From contig SXPB01000034.1 of the NCBI GenBank assembly GCA_005776475.1, positions 3,380 through 67,379 on the forward strand: a stretch of DNA of 64,000 nucleotides, written 5' to 3'. The notes under the pieces were generated by a model. The model searched no databases. It was given only the letters and a program-made list of their open reading frames with translations, and was not told the origin of the DNA. Made by a program: the position numbers and the translations under genes. The stretch comes from Planctomycetia bacterium. GTDB taxonomy: Bacteria > Planctomycetota > UBA1135 > UBA2386. Below, in pieces: positions 44,972 through 53,340 of the stretch (position 1 is its first letter; the number at the start of each line of letters is the position of its first letter).

Positions 44972-47032
44972 TCACAGGATGTCGAGGATGCCCGTCGACC
45001 CGTTGGTCAGCGTTTCCACCGACGCGCGGTAGTTCGAGTTGGTGCCGAGCTTGCTGTTCCACGGCAGCGACTCCTTGTCGGCGACGCCACCGAGCGCCAC
45101 CGCGGCGAAGGCGCGCGACAGCTCCTGCAGCTGGCTGTCGAAGAGCAGCTTCTTCAGCGGCTCGATCGTGCGGCTGTCACCGATGAAGCCGAGCGCCGAA
45201 GCGATTGCCGACAGCTTGGCCAGGTTCGGCTCGCCATCGGTCATCAGCTTCTGCAGGTCGTCAGCAACCTGCTTGTCGCCGAGCTTGCCCATCGCGATGG
45301 CCGCCTGCTGCAGCAGTTCGGTGCGGCGCGTGGCCTGCTTCATGACTTCGCGGATGTCTTCCTTGCTGCTGGTGTCGTTCATCAGCGCGAGGCCGATGGC
45401 GAGGTAACCCGCCTGGTCTTCCTTGGCGACGTTGTCCTTCATCAGCTTGCGCATGATGTCGGCCGCGTCCTTCGCCTTGGTCAGGCCCAGCGCGATCGCG
45501 AGGGCGCTGGTCAGCGTCGGGGTGCGGCTTTCCTTCAGCGCGTTGGTCAGCGTTTCGGCGACGAACGAGACGTCGGCCGCCGCGTCCTTCTCCAGGCGGT
45601 AGAACGACAGCACGCCGAGCGACAGCGCGCACCAGGGCTTCTCCTGGTCCTTGCCGGCCTTGTCGAACTGCTTCAGGATGCGTTCTTCGTTGATCGGGCC
45701 GCCGATCATGCCGAGGCCCAGCATCGCAAAGTTCTTGGTCTGGATGTCCTTGTGGTTCTCCCACGCGGCGAGCAGCACGTCGCTGAAGACGGCGTCCGGG
45801 TTCTTCTTGTCGTCCTTGTCGGCGTGCGGCTTCGCCAGCATGCCCAGCGCCATCGCGCACGACTGCGACACGAAGATGCTGGAGCGCTTGATCTTGCCCT
45901 TCTCCTGCAGGTCGTCGGCGAACAGCTTCTTGAAGTGGTCGCTGCGCTCGTGGTCGCGGCCGATCAGCTTGGCGATCGAGGTCGGCACGTGCGCCTGGAT
46001 CAACTGCTCACCCGAGCCGAGTTCCTTGGCGTAGTACTCCTCGAGGACCTTCACGACGTCGCCGAGCAGGATCTTCTCGGCTTCGGTGCTGTTGCCGATC
46101 TTCAGGATGCTCATGCCCTGGATCGCGGCGACCTTGATGTCGCGCTCGCGCACGTTGTTGTCCGTGAGCAGCTGCTTCATCACTTCGAACGCCTGCTTCT
46201 TCAGCTCGAGGTTCGTGGTCTTGTGCGCGGTGAGGCCGAGGCCGAACGTCGCGAACGCGCGCGTGCGGTTGTCGACCGAGCCACCCGAAGCGGCGCGGCC
46301 GTCGTCCTTGTCCAGCGCGAGGCCGGCCAGCAGCTTCATTTCGGCTTCGCCGGCGATCGCCGCGATGCCGAGCGACAGGGCCGCCGTCTCGCGGATCTCC
46401 TGGTCGTTCTTCTTCAAGCGCGGCGAGAAGATGTCGATCAGCTTGAAGTCCGGGTGGTCCTTGCCGATCTTCGCCATCGCGATCATGCACGACGAGTTGA
46501 TGTCGCGCTGCTCGGTGGCGTCGATCGCCTTCTTCAGGGCGGGCAGGATGTTGCCGGTGATCTGCTCGTCGGTCGGCTTCAGCGAGTCCTTCGCCTCGTG
46601 GCGACGGGTCGAGCCGAGATAGAAGTCGTCGCTACCGGTCGCAGTGCCACCGGCGCCGACTGCATCCTTCAAGCGGATGAAGGGGTCCTTGTTGAACTCC
46701 CACCAGAAGTTCCACTTGGTCAGGTCGTCTTCGATCTGGATGCCGCGACCACCGGTGGTCGGGCCACGACCGCCGGCCGGGCCAGCGGGGCCGCCGGTGC
46801 TCGGGCCACCAGGACCGCCGGTTGCCGGACCCGAAGGAGCCGGCGCGCTCGGGCCCGCAGGGCCACCCGTCGTCGGGCCAGTCGGACCGCCAGTGCGGCC
46901 GCCGCCACCACCGGGCGCGGGCGGAACAACGTCACCGGGACCACGATACTGACCGCCGTGGGCGCGACCGGTTTCGGGCAGCAAGGCCACGAGACCGGCG
47001 CAGCAAAGGCCTGAGAGCACGAACTTCTTCAT
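44972..47032 (-). CDS. Exported HEAT-repeat protein, paralog B of the HGGQYRGPG / FWWEF / GILDIL family
   Basis: 686 aa from the ATG at 47032, with AGGAG 6 nt upstream. Signal MKKFVLSGLCCAGLVALLPETGRA, then HGGQYRGPGDVVPP, a Gly/Pro linker, EDDLTKWNFWWEFNKDPFIRLKDA, HEAT-like repeats, and the C-terminus LPWNSKLGTNSNYRASVETLTNGSTGILDIL. Confidence 0.85.
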   Translation of the reverse strand: MKKFVLSGLCCAGLVALLPETGRAHGGQYRGPGDVVPPAPGGGGGRTGGPTGPTTGGPAGPSAPAPSGPATGGPGGPSTGGPAGPAGGRGPTTGGRGIQIEDDLTKWNFWWEFNKDPFIRLKDAVGAGGTATGSDDFYLGSTRRHEAKDSLKPTDEQITGNILPALKKAIDATEQRDINSSCMIAMAKIGKDHPDFKLIDIFSPRLKKNDQEIRETAALSLGIAAIAGEAEMKLLAGLALDKDDGRAASGGSVDNRTRAFATFGLGLTAHKTTNLELKKQAFEVMKQLLTDNNVRERDIKVAAIQGMSILKIGNSTEAEKILLGDVVKVLEEYYAKELGSGEQLIQAHVPTSIAKLIGRDHERSDHFKKLFADDLQEKGKIKRSSIFVSQSCAMALGMLAKPHADKDDKKNPDAVFSDVLLAAWENHKDIQTKNFAMLGLGMIGGPINEERILKQFDKAGKDQEKPWCALSLGVLSFYRLEKDAAADVSFVAETLTNALKESRTPTLTSALAIALGLTKAKDAADIMRKLMKDNVAKEDQAGYLAIGLALMNDTSSKEDIREVMKQATRRTELLQQAAIAMGKLGDKQVADDLQKLMTDGEPNLAKLSAIASALGFIGDSRTIEPLKKLLFDSQLQELSRAFAAVALGGVADKESLPWNSKLGTNSNYRASVETLTNGSTGILDIL

Positions 47033-47101
47033 GAGCAGCTCCTGATAGGTTGCAAGCGCGCAGCACACAGAGAGGGAAGGCAACAGCCGGCGCGCCCGGG
47101 C

Positions 47102-47131
47102 AATGTAGCCATGAGGACCCTCTCCATGCAA
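47102..47131 (-). promoter_or_regulatory. Candidate sigma-70-like promoter for paralog B (-35 TTGCAT, 18-nt spacer, -10 TACATT)
   Basis: These AT-rich hexamers stand out in the GC-rich spacer ~70 nt upstream of the ATG at 47032. This is pattern-based only. Confidence 0.3.
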
Positions 47132-47185
47132 AAGTGGGGCCAACGTTCTGGAGGGGGTTTGGAGGTGAGTCCGGCCCGCCGTGTG

Positions 47186-48049
47186 TTACGCCAGCGGAAC
47201 GACAACGGGGTTGGGTAGCTCCGCCAGCCAGCGGCGCAGCTTGCGCCAGGCCAGGGGCGGCGCCACCAGGCTGGGCTGGTGCCGCACAGCGAAATCGCGC
47301 ACCGGGAACAGCGGCCGGCCGCGCCAGTCGGTGCAGCGGGCGCCGGCTTCGCTGGCGACGAGGCAAGGTGCCGCGAGATCCCACAGTCGACCGGGCGCCT
47401 GCACGTTGGCGTCGAGGCGGCCCGCGGCGACGTCGAGGATTTGCGCCACGGTGCTGCCGAGCAGGCGCACCCGCGCCCCACGTTCCTGCAGCCGCAGCAC
47501 GAACTCGAGATCGGCGGGCCGCGGCCGGCGGAACCACTGCACGCCGACGATGCCGCGGTCGTCGAGGGCGCCGGCATCGGCGCGCAGGCGCAGCCGCCGC
47601 CCTGACCGGAAGGCGCCGCCGCCGCGCACGGCTTCGTAGAGAACTCCCTCGGGCTCGCGATGGATGCAGGCGAGCACGGGCTGTCCGTGCCGCAGCAACG
47701 CGACCGCAACGCAGAAGCACGTGTGCCCGCGCGCATAGTTGCTGGTGCCGTCGACCGGATCGACGACGAACACCCACTCGCGCTCGAGCCCGCTCGGCGT
47801 CGACTCTTCGCCGAGAAAGCCCGCTTCCGGCAGCGCCCGCAGCAGGCCAATCCGCAGGCGACGTTCGGCTTCGAGGTCGATGCGGGTCACGTAGTCGCCG
47901 ACGCCCTTGTCGCGCACTTCGGTGGGGGCGAGGCGGGCCTGGGCCCGCACCACGTAACGCGCCACGTCCTGCACGAGCGCGCGGAACACCGGGCGCAGCC
48001 GACGCAGCACCGACGACGACGCAGGGCGGGACGTTGCCATGCGCGGCAT
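47186..48049 (-). CDS. Inositol-monophosphatase-family phosphatase
   Basis: FLGEES..VFVVDPVDGTSNYARG..WDLAAPCLVASEAGA. This is the C-terminal 287 aa of the 1126-aa track ORF. An alternative ATG is at 48040. Confidence 0.85.
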   Translation of the reverse strand: MPRMATSRPASSSVLRRLRPVFRALVQDVARYVVRAQARLAPTEVRDKGVGDYVTRIDLEAERRLRIGLLRALPEAGFLGEESTPSGLEREWVFVVDPVDGTSNYARGHTCFCVAVALLRHGQPVLACIHREPEGVLYEAVRGGGAFRSGRRLRLRADAGALDDRGIVGVQWFRRPRPADLEFVLRLQERGARVRLLGSTVAQILDVAAGRLDANVQAPGRLWDLAAPCLVASEAGARCTDWRGRPLFPVRDFAVRHQPSLVAPPLAWRKLRRWLAELPNPVVVPLA

Positions 48050-48137
48050 GCTGGGCGGTGGCCATGGCCGGTGCAACCGGCAACCGCGCTGGCAAAAGGG
48101 TCGTGCCGTGGTCGGGCGCCTGCTACAAACGCCGCCG

Positions 48138-49382
48138 ATGCGTTGTCGAGCCGCGATGCCGATGGGCCTGCCGTTGCTGCTGGGGCTGGCTGCGTTCGGC
48201 GGCTGCGCAGCGAACGGAGCGGCGCCAGGATTGGCGTTTGGCCGCACGGCGGATCCGACGCCGGTCGCCGCCCCGGCGGCGGCAGCGACGGCACCTTCGC
48301 CATCGGCGGGGGTGGGAAACCCCGAAGTGGGCGCCGTGGGAACCGTCGCCGCTACCGGCAACAAGACGGATTCCGCGGTGCCGGTGGTTGCCGCCGAAGC
48401 ACCCGTCGTCGCGGCCGCGGACGTTGCGCTCGCCCCCGCGAGCGAGGCCGGTGCGGACCCCGAACGCAGCCACGAACGGCGCCTGCGGCACGATCTGGCG
48501 CAGGCTGCCGATCCGGTGCCCGCGGCGATCGAACTGGTGGCGTGGTTGGCGAGCGAAGAACGCCATGCCGAAGCGCTCGCCGTGGTGGATCTCGCCACGG
48601 CTCGCCGCGCCACCGACGAACTGCGCGTGCTGCGCGCCGGCGTGCTGCGCGACCTCGGTCGTCGCCACGAGGCGGTCGCCGAGCTGCGCGCGCTGCGCCG
48701 CGACGTCAGCGCCGACCGCCTGAACCCGAGCCTGCTGTTCGAGCTGGCGGAGCTGGAGTGGCTCGAAGGCGACGGCCCCGCCGCGGCGGCGACGTTGCGC
48801 AGCCTCGCCGAAGTGCACGCCGGCGATGCGTTCGTCATCGCCAACGCCGACAACCGCAAGCGCCTCGCCACCGAGATCGCCGCCGGTGGGCGGCCGAGCC
48901 GCATGCGCGTGCGCGACGTGCTCGGCAACCTGCGCGGCGCTCCCGAAGCCCCGGATCGCCTGGCGGCGCTGGCGTATCTCGCGACGCCGGCGGTGCGCGA
49001 ACTGGACGGCGGCGGTGCCGCTCTCGCCCAGGCCGTTGCGATCGGCCTCGGCGACGACGCGGAAGTGGTGCGGGCCAAGGCCATGGAACTCGCCGATCCG
49101 GACCCGGACGTGCGCACCGAACTGGTGGTGGCCGCGTTCGCCGACCCATCGACGCTGGTGCGCCAGAAGGCGGTTGCGCGGTTGTTCGAATGGCAGCCCG
49201 TTGGCGCCGCGGCGTTGGCGCTGCAGCAACTCGAACGCGAGGACGACGTGGCCACGTTCTTCGTCCTCGGGTGCGCCCTCGCCAGGTGGACCGCCACCGA
49301 GCCACCCACGCGGGCGCAGGTGAGCGCGCCGGCCGGTCGCCAGGAACTCGTCCAGTCCCTTCGTCGCAGGATCCAATCGTGA
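48138..49382 (+). CDS. Lipoprotein with TPR/HEAT-like helical repeats
   Basis: MRCRAAMPMGLPLLLGLAAFGGCAANG (lipobox), an Ala/Pro/Val-rich linker, then helical repeats (..GDDAEVVRAKAMELADPDPDVRTELVVAAFADPSTLVRQKAVARL..). The start is approximate. Confidence 0.6.
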   Translation: MRCRAAMPMGLPLLLGLAAFGGCAANGAAPGLAFGRTADPTPVAAPAAAATAPSPSAGVGNPEVGAVGTVAATGNKTDSAVPVVAAEAPVVAAADVALAPASEAGADPERSHERRLRHDLAQAADPVPAAIELVAWLASEERHAEALAVVDLATARRATDELRVLRAGVLRDLGRRHEAVAELRALRRDVSADRLNPSLLFELAELEWLEGDGPAAAATLRSLAEVHAGDAFVIANADNRKRLATEIAAGGRPSRMRVRDVLGNLRGAPEAPDRLAALAYLATPAVRELDGGGAALAQAVAIGLGDDAEVVRAKAMELADPDPDVRTELVVAAFADPSTLVRQKAVARLFEWQPVGAAALALQQLEREDDVATFFVLGCALARWTATEPPTRAQVSAPAGRQELVQSLRRRIQS

Positions 49383-50572
49383 GTGTCTCTCGTCGTCCGC
49401 TGCGTCGGTGTCTGTTGTGGTTGCCGTGCCTCGTCGCGGCGTCGTCGTGTTCGGTCGCGGCCAACTTGTCGGCGCCCGTGATGCTGACCGAACTCGATCG
49501 CATCGTGCGCATCGATGTCGCGGGCGGCGTGCGGTCCCTGCGCTACCAGGAGAGCGCGGTGGTGTCGCGGTGGTGGATCCGCTCCTGGTGCCTGCAGCCG
49601 GTCCGGCCCGTGTTCGGCCTGCTGTTCGGCCGCGAGTCGCTGCTGAAGCTGGAGAATCCGAGCCCGCGCGGGCACGTGCGCGAGCTGCTGCGCGAGCTGC
49701 CGGACGAGACCGGAGGCGACCTGCTGCTGTGTGCGCAGACTGCCGTGCGGCAGGGTTGGATCGCCGAGCTCGAAGCCAACAGCGAATCGCGCCTCGTCGC
49801 CGTCGATGGCTTGTGCGCGATGGCGGCGCAACTCGACGTCGCGCTGTTCACCGAACCCGCGCGCATCGGGCGCACTGCCGATGGCGATCGCATGACGCAG
49901 GCCCGCGCCGGTTTCGCGGCCGGCGCGCCGGCCGTGCGCACAGCCGACTTCGGTTCGGCGGGCCTGCTGGCGTATGCCGAAGCGGTGCGCGCGATGGTCG
50001 CCGATCCCCTGGGCGATGGGGCCGCGCGGCTCATCGTGCTCGAAGAAGTGACGCAGGCGTTCGCGCAGGAGACGGAGCCCGAAGTGCGGGCCGTGGTCGG
50101 CACGGCGGTACAGGCGGCGTTGCGCCACGTGGTCGAAGGCGTGCTGCTGCGCCTCGTGCAAGGGCGGGCGCCCGAAGACGTCGATCTGCGTTTGTGCGCG
50201 ATGGAGCAGGTCCGCCGCTTCGGTGGCCCTGGTGCCGTGCCGTTGCTGTTGGCGGTGATGGCGGCGACGCCGGCCCAGATCGCGCGCGGCGAGAGTCGCT
50301 ACGACCCCGACCCGTTGGTGCAGCTGCGGTTGATCCAGTACTGCGGCCAGCTCGGCGGCGACCTGGCGACTTCGACGGTGACCCTGCCGGGTCGCGAAGG
50401 GCATCCGGTGCTGTCGCCGGCGCACTTCCTGGCGACAACGATCTTGAACGAGCAGGCCTACTACTCGAAGCTGCGGACGCCGGCACTGGTAGCGCTCACC
50501 TGGTCGCTGCAACGGCCTCGTCTCGATCCCGATCCGACCTGGGTTCGGGAATGGCTCGACGGCCACCGATAA
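49379..50572 (+). CDS. Lipoprotein with HEAT-like repeats
   Basis: GTGA-coupled to the upstream gene. VSVSRRPLRRCLLWLPCLVAASSCS is lipobox-like. The helical-repeat body includes ..RFGGPGAVPLLLAVM... Confidence 0.55.
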   Translation: MSVSRRPLRRCLLWLPCLVAASSCSVAANLSAPVMLTELDRIVRIDVAGGVRSLRYQESAVVSRWWIRSWCLQPVRPVFGLLFGRESLLKLENPSPRGHVRELLRELPDETGGDLLLCAQTAVRQGWIAELEANSESRLVAVDGLCAMAAQLDVALFTEPARIGRTADGDRMTQARAGFAAGAPAVRTADFGSAGLLAYAEAVRAMVADPLGDGAARLIVLEEVTQAFAQETEPEVRAVVGTAVQAALRHVVEGVLLRLVQGRAPEDVDLRLCAMEQVRRFGGPGAVPLLLAVMAATPAQIARGESRYDPDPLVQLRLIQYCGQLGGDLATSTVTLPGREGHPVLSPAHFLATTILNEQAYYSKLRTPALVALTWSLQRPRLDPDPTWVREWLDGHR

Positions 50573-50595
50573 GGGAATCCGAACGAACGCCCCGC

Positions 50596-51162
50596 ATGCG
50601 CGCCCACTACTGCGACGAGACGATCGACTACGACGGCAGCCAGTTGCGTGCGCACTGGGTGTTGTCTCGTTTCGGGCTCGCCGGCGACGCGATCGTCGGG
50701 TTTCGCGGCGCTTGCCGGGTAAGCAACGAAGAGATGGCCGACCTCGCCGACCTCGATGGCCCCGGGATCGCCGGCAACGACCTCGTGCACTTCGTGTGGG
50801 AGGCGTTCACGCACCCCGACCTGCTGCTGGCCACGCATCGCCAACGGCTGCTGGCGGCGCAGGCGCGTGAGGTGTTGGCCGAACTGGCGCCGCAGCCGCG
50901 CATCGACCGCATCGGCGACGACCTGTTCGTCGGCGGCGGCAAGCTGTCGATCTCGATCGCGACGGTGACGCCGGTGAGCAGCGTGCTGCATTTCGCCGTG
51001 AACGCGACGCAAGGTGGCGCCCCGGTGGCGACCGCGGCGCTGGCCGATCTCGGCGTCGAGCCGCGCACGTTCGCGCAGCGGCTGCTCGATCGCGTCACCG
51101 CCGAACAGGATTCGATCGCGCACGCCCGCGCCAAGGTTCGCGCCAAGGGGGAATGGCGATGA
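50596..51162 (+). CDS. DUF366-like protein (assignment from memory of the family pattern)
   Basis: MRAHYCDETIDYDGSQLRAHWVLSRFGLAGDAIVGFRGACRVSNEEMADLADL..LVHFVWEAF..HRQRLLAA matches my recollection of the DUF366 consensus (..yDGsqL..hw...fg..GD.iv.F.G.c.v....m.DleD..). 188 aa. Confidence 0.6.
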   Translation: MRAHYCDETIDYDGSQLRAHWVLSRFGLAGDAIVGFRGACRVSNEEMADLADLDGPGIAGNDLVHFVWEAFTHPDLLLATHRQRLLAAQAREVLAELAPQPRIDRIGDDLFVGGGKLSISIATVTPVSSVLHFAVNATQGGAPVATAALADLGVEPRTFAQRLLDRVTAEQDSIAHARAKVRAKGEWR

Positions 51163-52394
51163 ACAAGCACGTCGTCACGCTGATCAAGCTGCTGGTGGTG
51201 GCTTTGCTGATGTGGCTCGTGTTCCGCACGATCCCGTTCGAAGACCAGCTGGTGCGCAAGGCCGACCCGACCGCGAAGGAGACGATCGAAACGGTCGACA
51301 TCGTCGGTTCGTGGAAGCAGACCCCGTTGCGGTACCGCGTCGTCGGCGACGCCGTCGAGCGCGAGATCCGCCTCGGGCCGCAGCAGGACGGCAGCGTGAT
51401 CGCGATCCAGCCGGCGTTCCAGACCTACTGGCGCAACCTCGATCCGTGGCTGTTCGCGCTCGGCGCGGCCTGCTACTTCGTGACCGCGCTGATCGCCGGC
51501 GTGCGATGGTGGTGGCTGTTGCGCGTCACCGGCACCGACGTGTCGTTGTGGGAGGCGCTGCGCTTCACCTGGATCGGCATCTTCTTCAATACGGCGATGC
51601 CGGGCTCCACCGGCGGCGACGTCGTGAAGGCGCTCTACATCATGAAGCGCTGCCCAGGCCATCGCGTGCAGGTGATGGTCTCGGTGATCGTCGACCGCGT
51701 GCTCGGACTCGGCTCGTTGGCGCTGCTCGGCGCCATCGTGGTGTTGTTCGCGCTCGATCGCTTCGCCACCATCGCCATCGGCATCTGGGGCGTGATCCTC
51801 GGCGTCGGCTTGCTCGGCACCGTCGCCTTCAGCAAGCGGCTGCGGTCGTTGGTGCGGTTGAATGCGCTGCTGCAGCGGTTGCCGCCAAGACTCGGCCACG
51901 TGCTGCGCTTGATCGACCAGGCGGTGTTTGCGTACCGCAGCCACAAGTGGGTCATCGTCGGCAGCCTGCTCACCGGCGTCGGCAACCACATCGTGTCGGT
52001 GCTCGGCGTCTACCTGCTCGGCGAAGCGATCGGCGTCGGCCTGCCGCCACTCGAGTACTTCGTCCTCATTCCGATCATCAACATCGTCAGCGCCGTGCCG
52101 TTGATGCCGAATGGCTGGGGCATCGGCGAGTGGCTGTACGGCGGGTTGTTCGCCAAGTACGGCGCCGTGCACCTCGGCGGTGGCGCGATGGCCGAAGCGG
52201 CGATGTCAACGCGCGGTGTCGCGCTGTCGCTGCTCTACCGGATCCACCTGACCTGCTGGTCGTTGCTCGGCGGCGTGGTCGTGCTGCTGGAGAAGGACCG
52301 CGTCACCAAGGCCGACCTGGATCGCGAGGCCGCGCGCGAAGACGACGACGAAGACGACGACACTCCGGTGGACCCTCACGGCGGCCGCGGCTAA
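51153..52394 (+). CDS. UPF0104 / lysyl-phosphatidylglycerol-synthase-TM-region (flippase-like) membrane protein
   Basis: Polytopic, with FNTAMPGSTGGDVVKALYI, a family-typical motif, and an acidic C-terminal tail. The third codon (ATG at 51159) forms an ATGA overlap with the upstream stop and may be the true start. Confidence 0.75.
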   Translation: MAMNKHVVTLIKLLVVALLMWLVFRTIPFEDQLVRKADPTAKETIETVDIVGSWKQTPLRYRVVGDAVEREIRLGPQQDGSVIAIQPAFQTYWRNLDPWLFALGAACYFVTALIAGVRWWWLLRVTGTDVSLWEALRFTWIGIFFNTAMPGSTGGDVVKALYIMKRCPGHRVQVMVSVIVDRVLGLGSLALLGAIVVLFALDRFATIAIGIWGVILGVGLLGTVAFSKRLRSLVRLNALLQRLPPRLGHVLRLIDQAVFAYRSHKWVIVGSLLTGVGNHIVSVLGVYLLGEAIGVGLPPLEYFVLIPIINIVSAVPLMPNGWGIGEWLYGGLFAKYGAVHLGGGAMAEAAMSTRGVALSLLYRIHLTCWSLLGGVVVLLEKDRVTKADLDREAAREDDDEDDDTPVDPHGGRG

Positions 52395-52407
52395 CGTCCG
52401 CGCCCCT

Positions 52408-53310
52408 ATGTCGCTGCTCGTCGTCGGTTCCACTGCATTCGACACCATCGAGACTCCGCACGGCAACGCCGTCGACTGCCTCGGTGGGTCCTCCACCTAC
52501 TTCGCGATCGCGGCGCGGCTGTTCACCAAGGTGCAGCTGGTCAGCGTCGTCGGCAGCGATTTCCCCGACCAGCACAGGAAGCTGCTGACCGACCGTGGCG
52601 TCGACATCGCGGGCGTCGAGACCAAGTCCGGCAAGACGTTCCGCTGGCACGGCCGCTACGCGACCGACATGAACAGCCGGCAGACGCTGGACGTGCAGCT
52701 CAACACGTTCGGCGACTTCAAGCCGAAGGTGCCGGCCGCCTGGCGCAGCACGCCGTTCGTGTTCCTCGCCAACGGTGCGCCGGCGACGCAGGCGTCGGTG
52801 CTCGACCAGATGCAGGGCGTCAAGTTCTGCGTCGCCGACACGATGGACCTGTGGATCGAACACGAGAAGGCGGGCCTGCTCGACCTGTGCAAGCGCATCG
52901 ACGGGCTGGTCGTCAACGACAGCGAAGTGAAGATGCTGACCGGCAAGAGCAACCTGATCCAGGCCGGCCGCGAAGCGCTCAAGCTCGGCCCGCGCCTCGT
53001 CATCGTGAAGAAGGGCGAACACGGCTGCTTCCTGTTCAGCAACTTCTTCCACTACGCGCTGCCGGCCTATCCGACCGAGACCGTGCTCGATCCGACCGGG
53101 GCCGGCGACAGCTTCGCCGGTGGCTTCATGGGCTACCTCGCCAATTGCGAGCAGGTCAGCCTCGGCAACATGAAGCGCGCGGTGGCGTACGGCACCGTGA
53201 CCGCCAGCCTCACGGTGGAAGGCTTCGGCGTCGATCGCCTGGCGCGCGCCGACCGCGAGACGGTCGAGCGGCGCTACCAGGAGCTGCAGCAGTTCGTCGC
53301 CGGCTCCTGA
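52408..53310 (+). CDS. PfkB-family carbohydrate kinase
   Basis: MSLLVVGSTAFDTIETP..GGSSTYFA..DPTGAGDSFAGGF (PfkB signature 2). Confidence 0.88.
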   Translation: MSLLVVGSTAFDTIETPHGNAVDCLGGSSTYFAIAARLFTKVQLVSVVGSDFPDQHRKLLTDRGVDIAGVETKSGKTFRWHGRYATDMNSRQTLDVQLNTFGDFKPKVPAAWRSTPFVFLANGAPATQASVLDQMQGVKFCVADTMDLWIEHEKAGLLDLCKRIDGLVVNDSEVKMLTGKSNLIQAGREALKLGPRLVIVKKGEHGCFLFSNFFHYALPAYPTETVLDPTGAGDSFAGGFMGYLANCEQVSLGNMKRAVAYGTVTASLTVEGFGVDRLARADRETVERRYQELQQFVAGS

Positions 53311-53319
53311 GATCGCGAC

Positions 53320-53340
53320 GACGCGCGCTCGGCGCGCGTC
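53320..53340. terminator. Perfect 9-bp GC hairpin (gacgcgcgc-tcg-gcgcgcgtc) between convergent genes
   Basis: Read directly from the sequence. The 3' arm overlaps the stop codon of the minus-strand gene. There is no U-tract. Confidence 0.35.

Noticed and set aside
44972-47032. Interpreting the Lys-rich, lower-GC paralog B as horizontally acquired.
   Set aside because: Several clearly native housekeeping genes in the window (infC, rmlA-like, rmlB, PfkB) are similarly Lys-rich and less GC-extreme. The contrast more likely reflects conservation or expression level than foreign origin.
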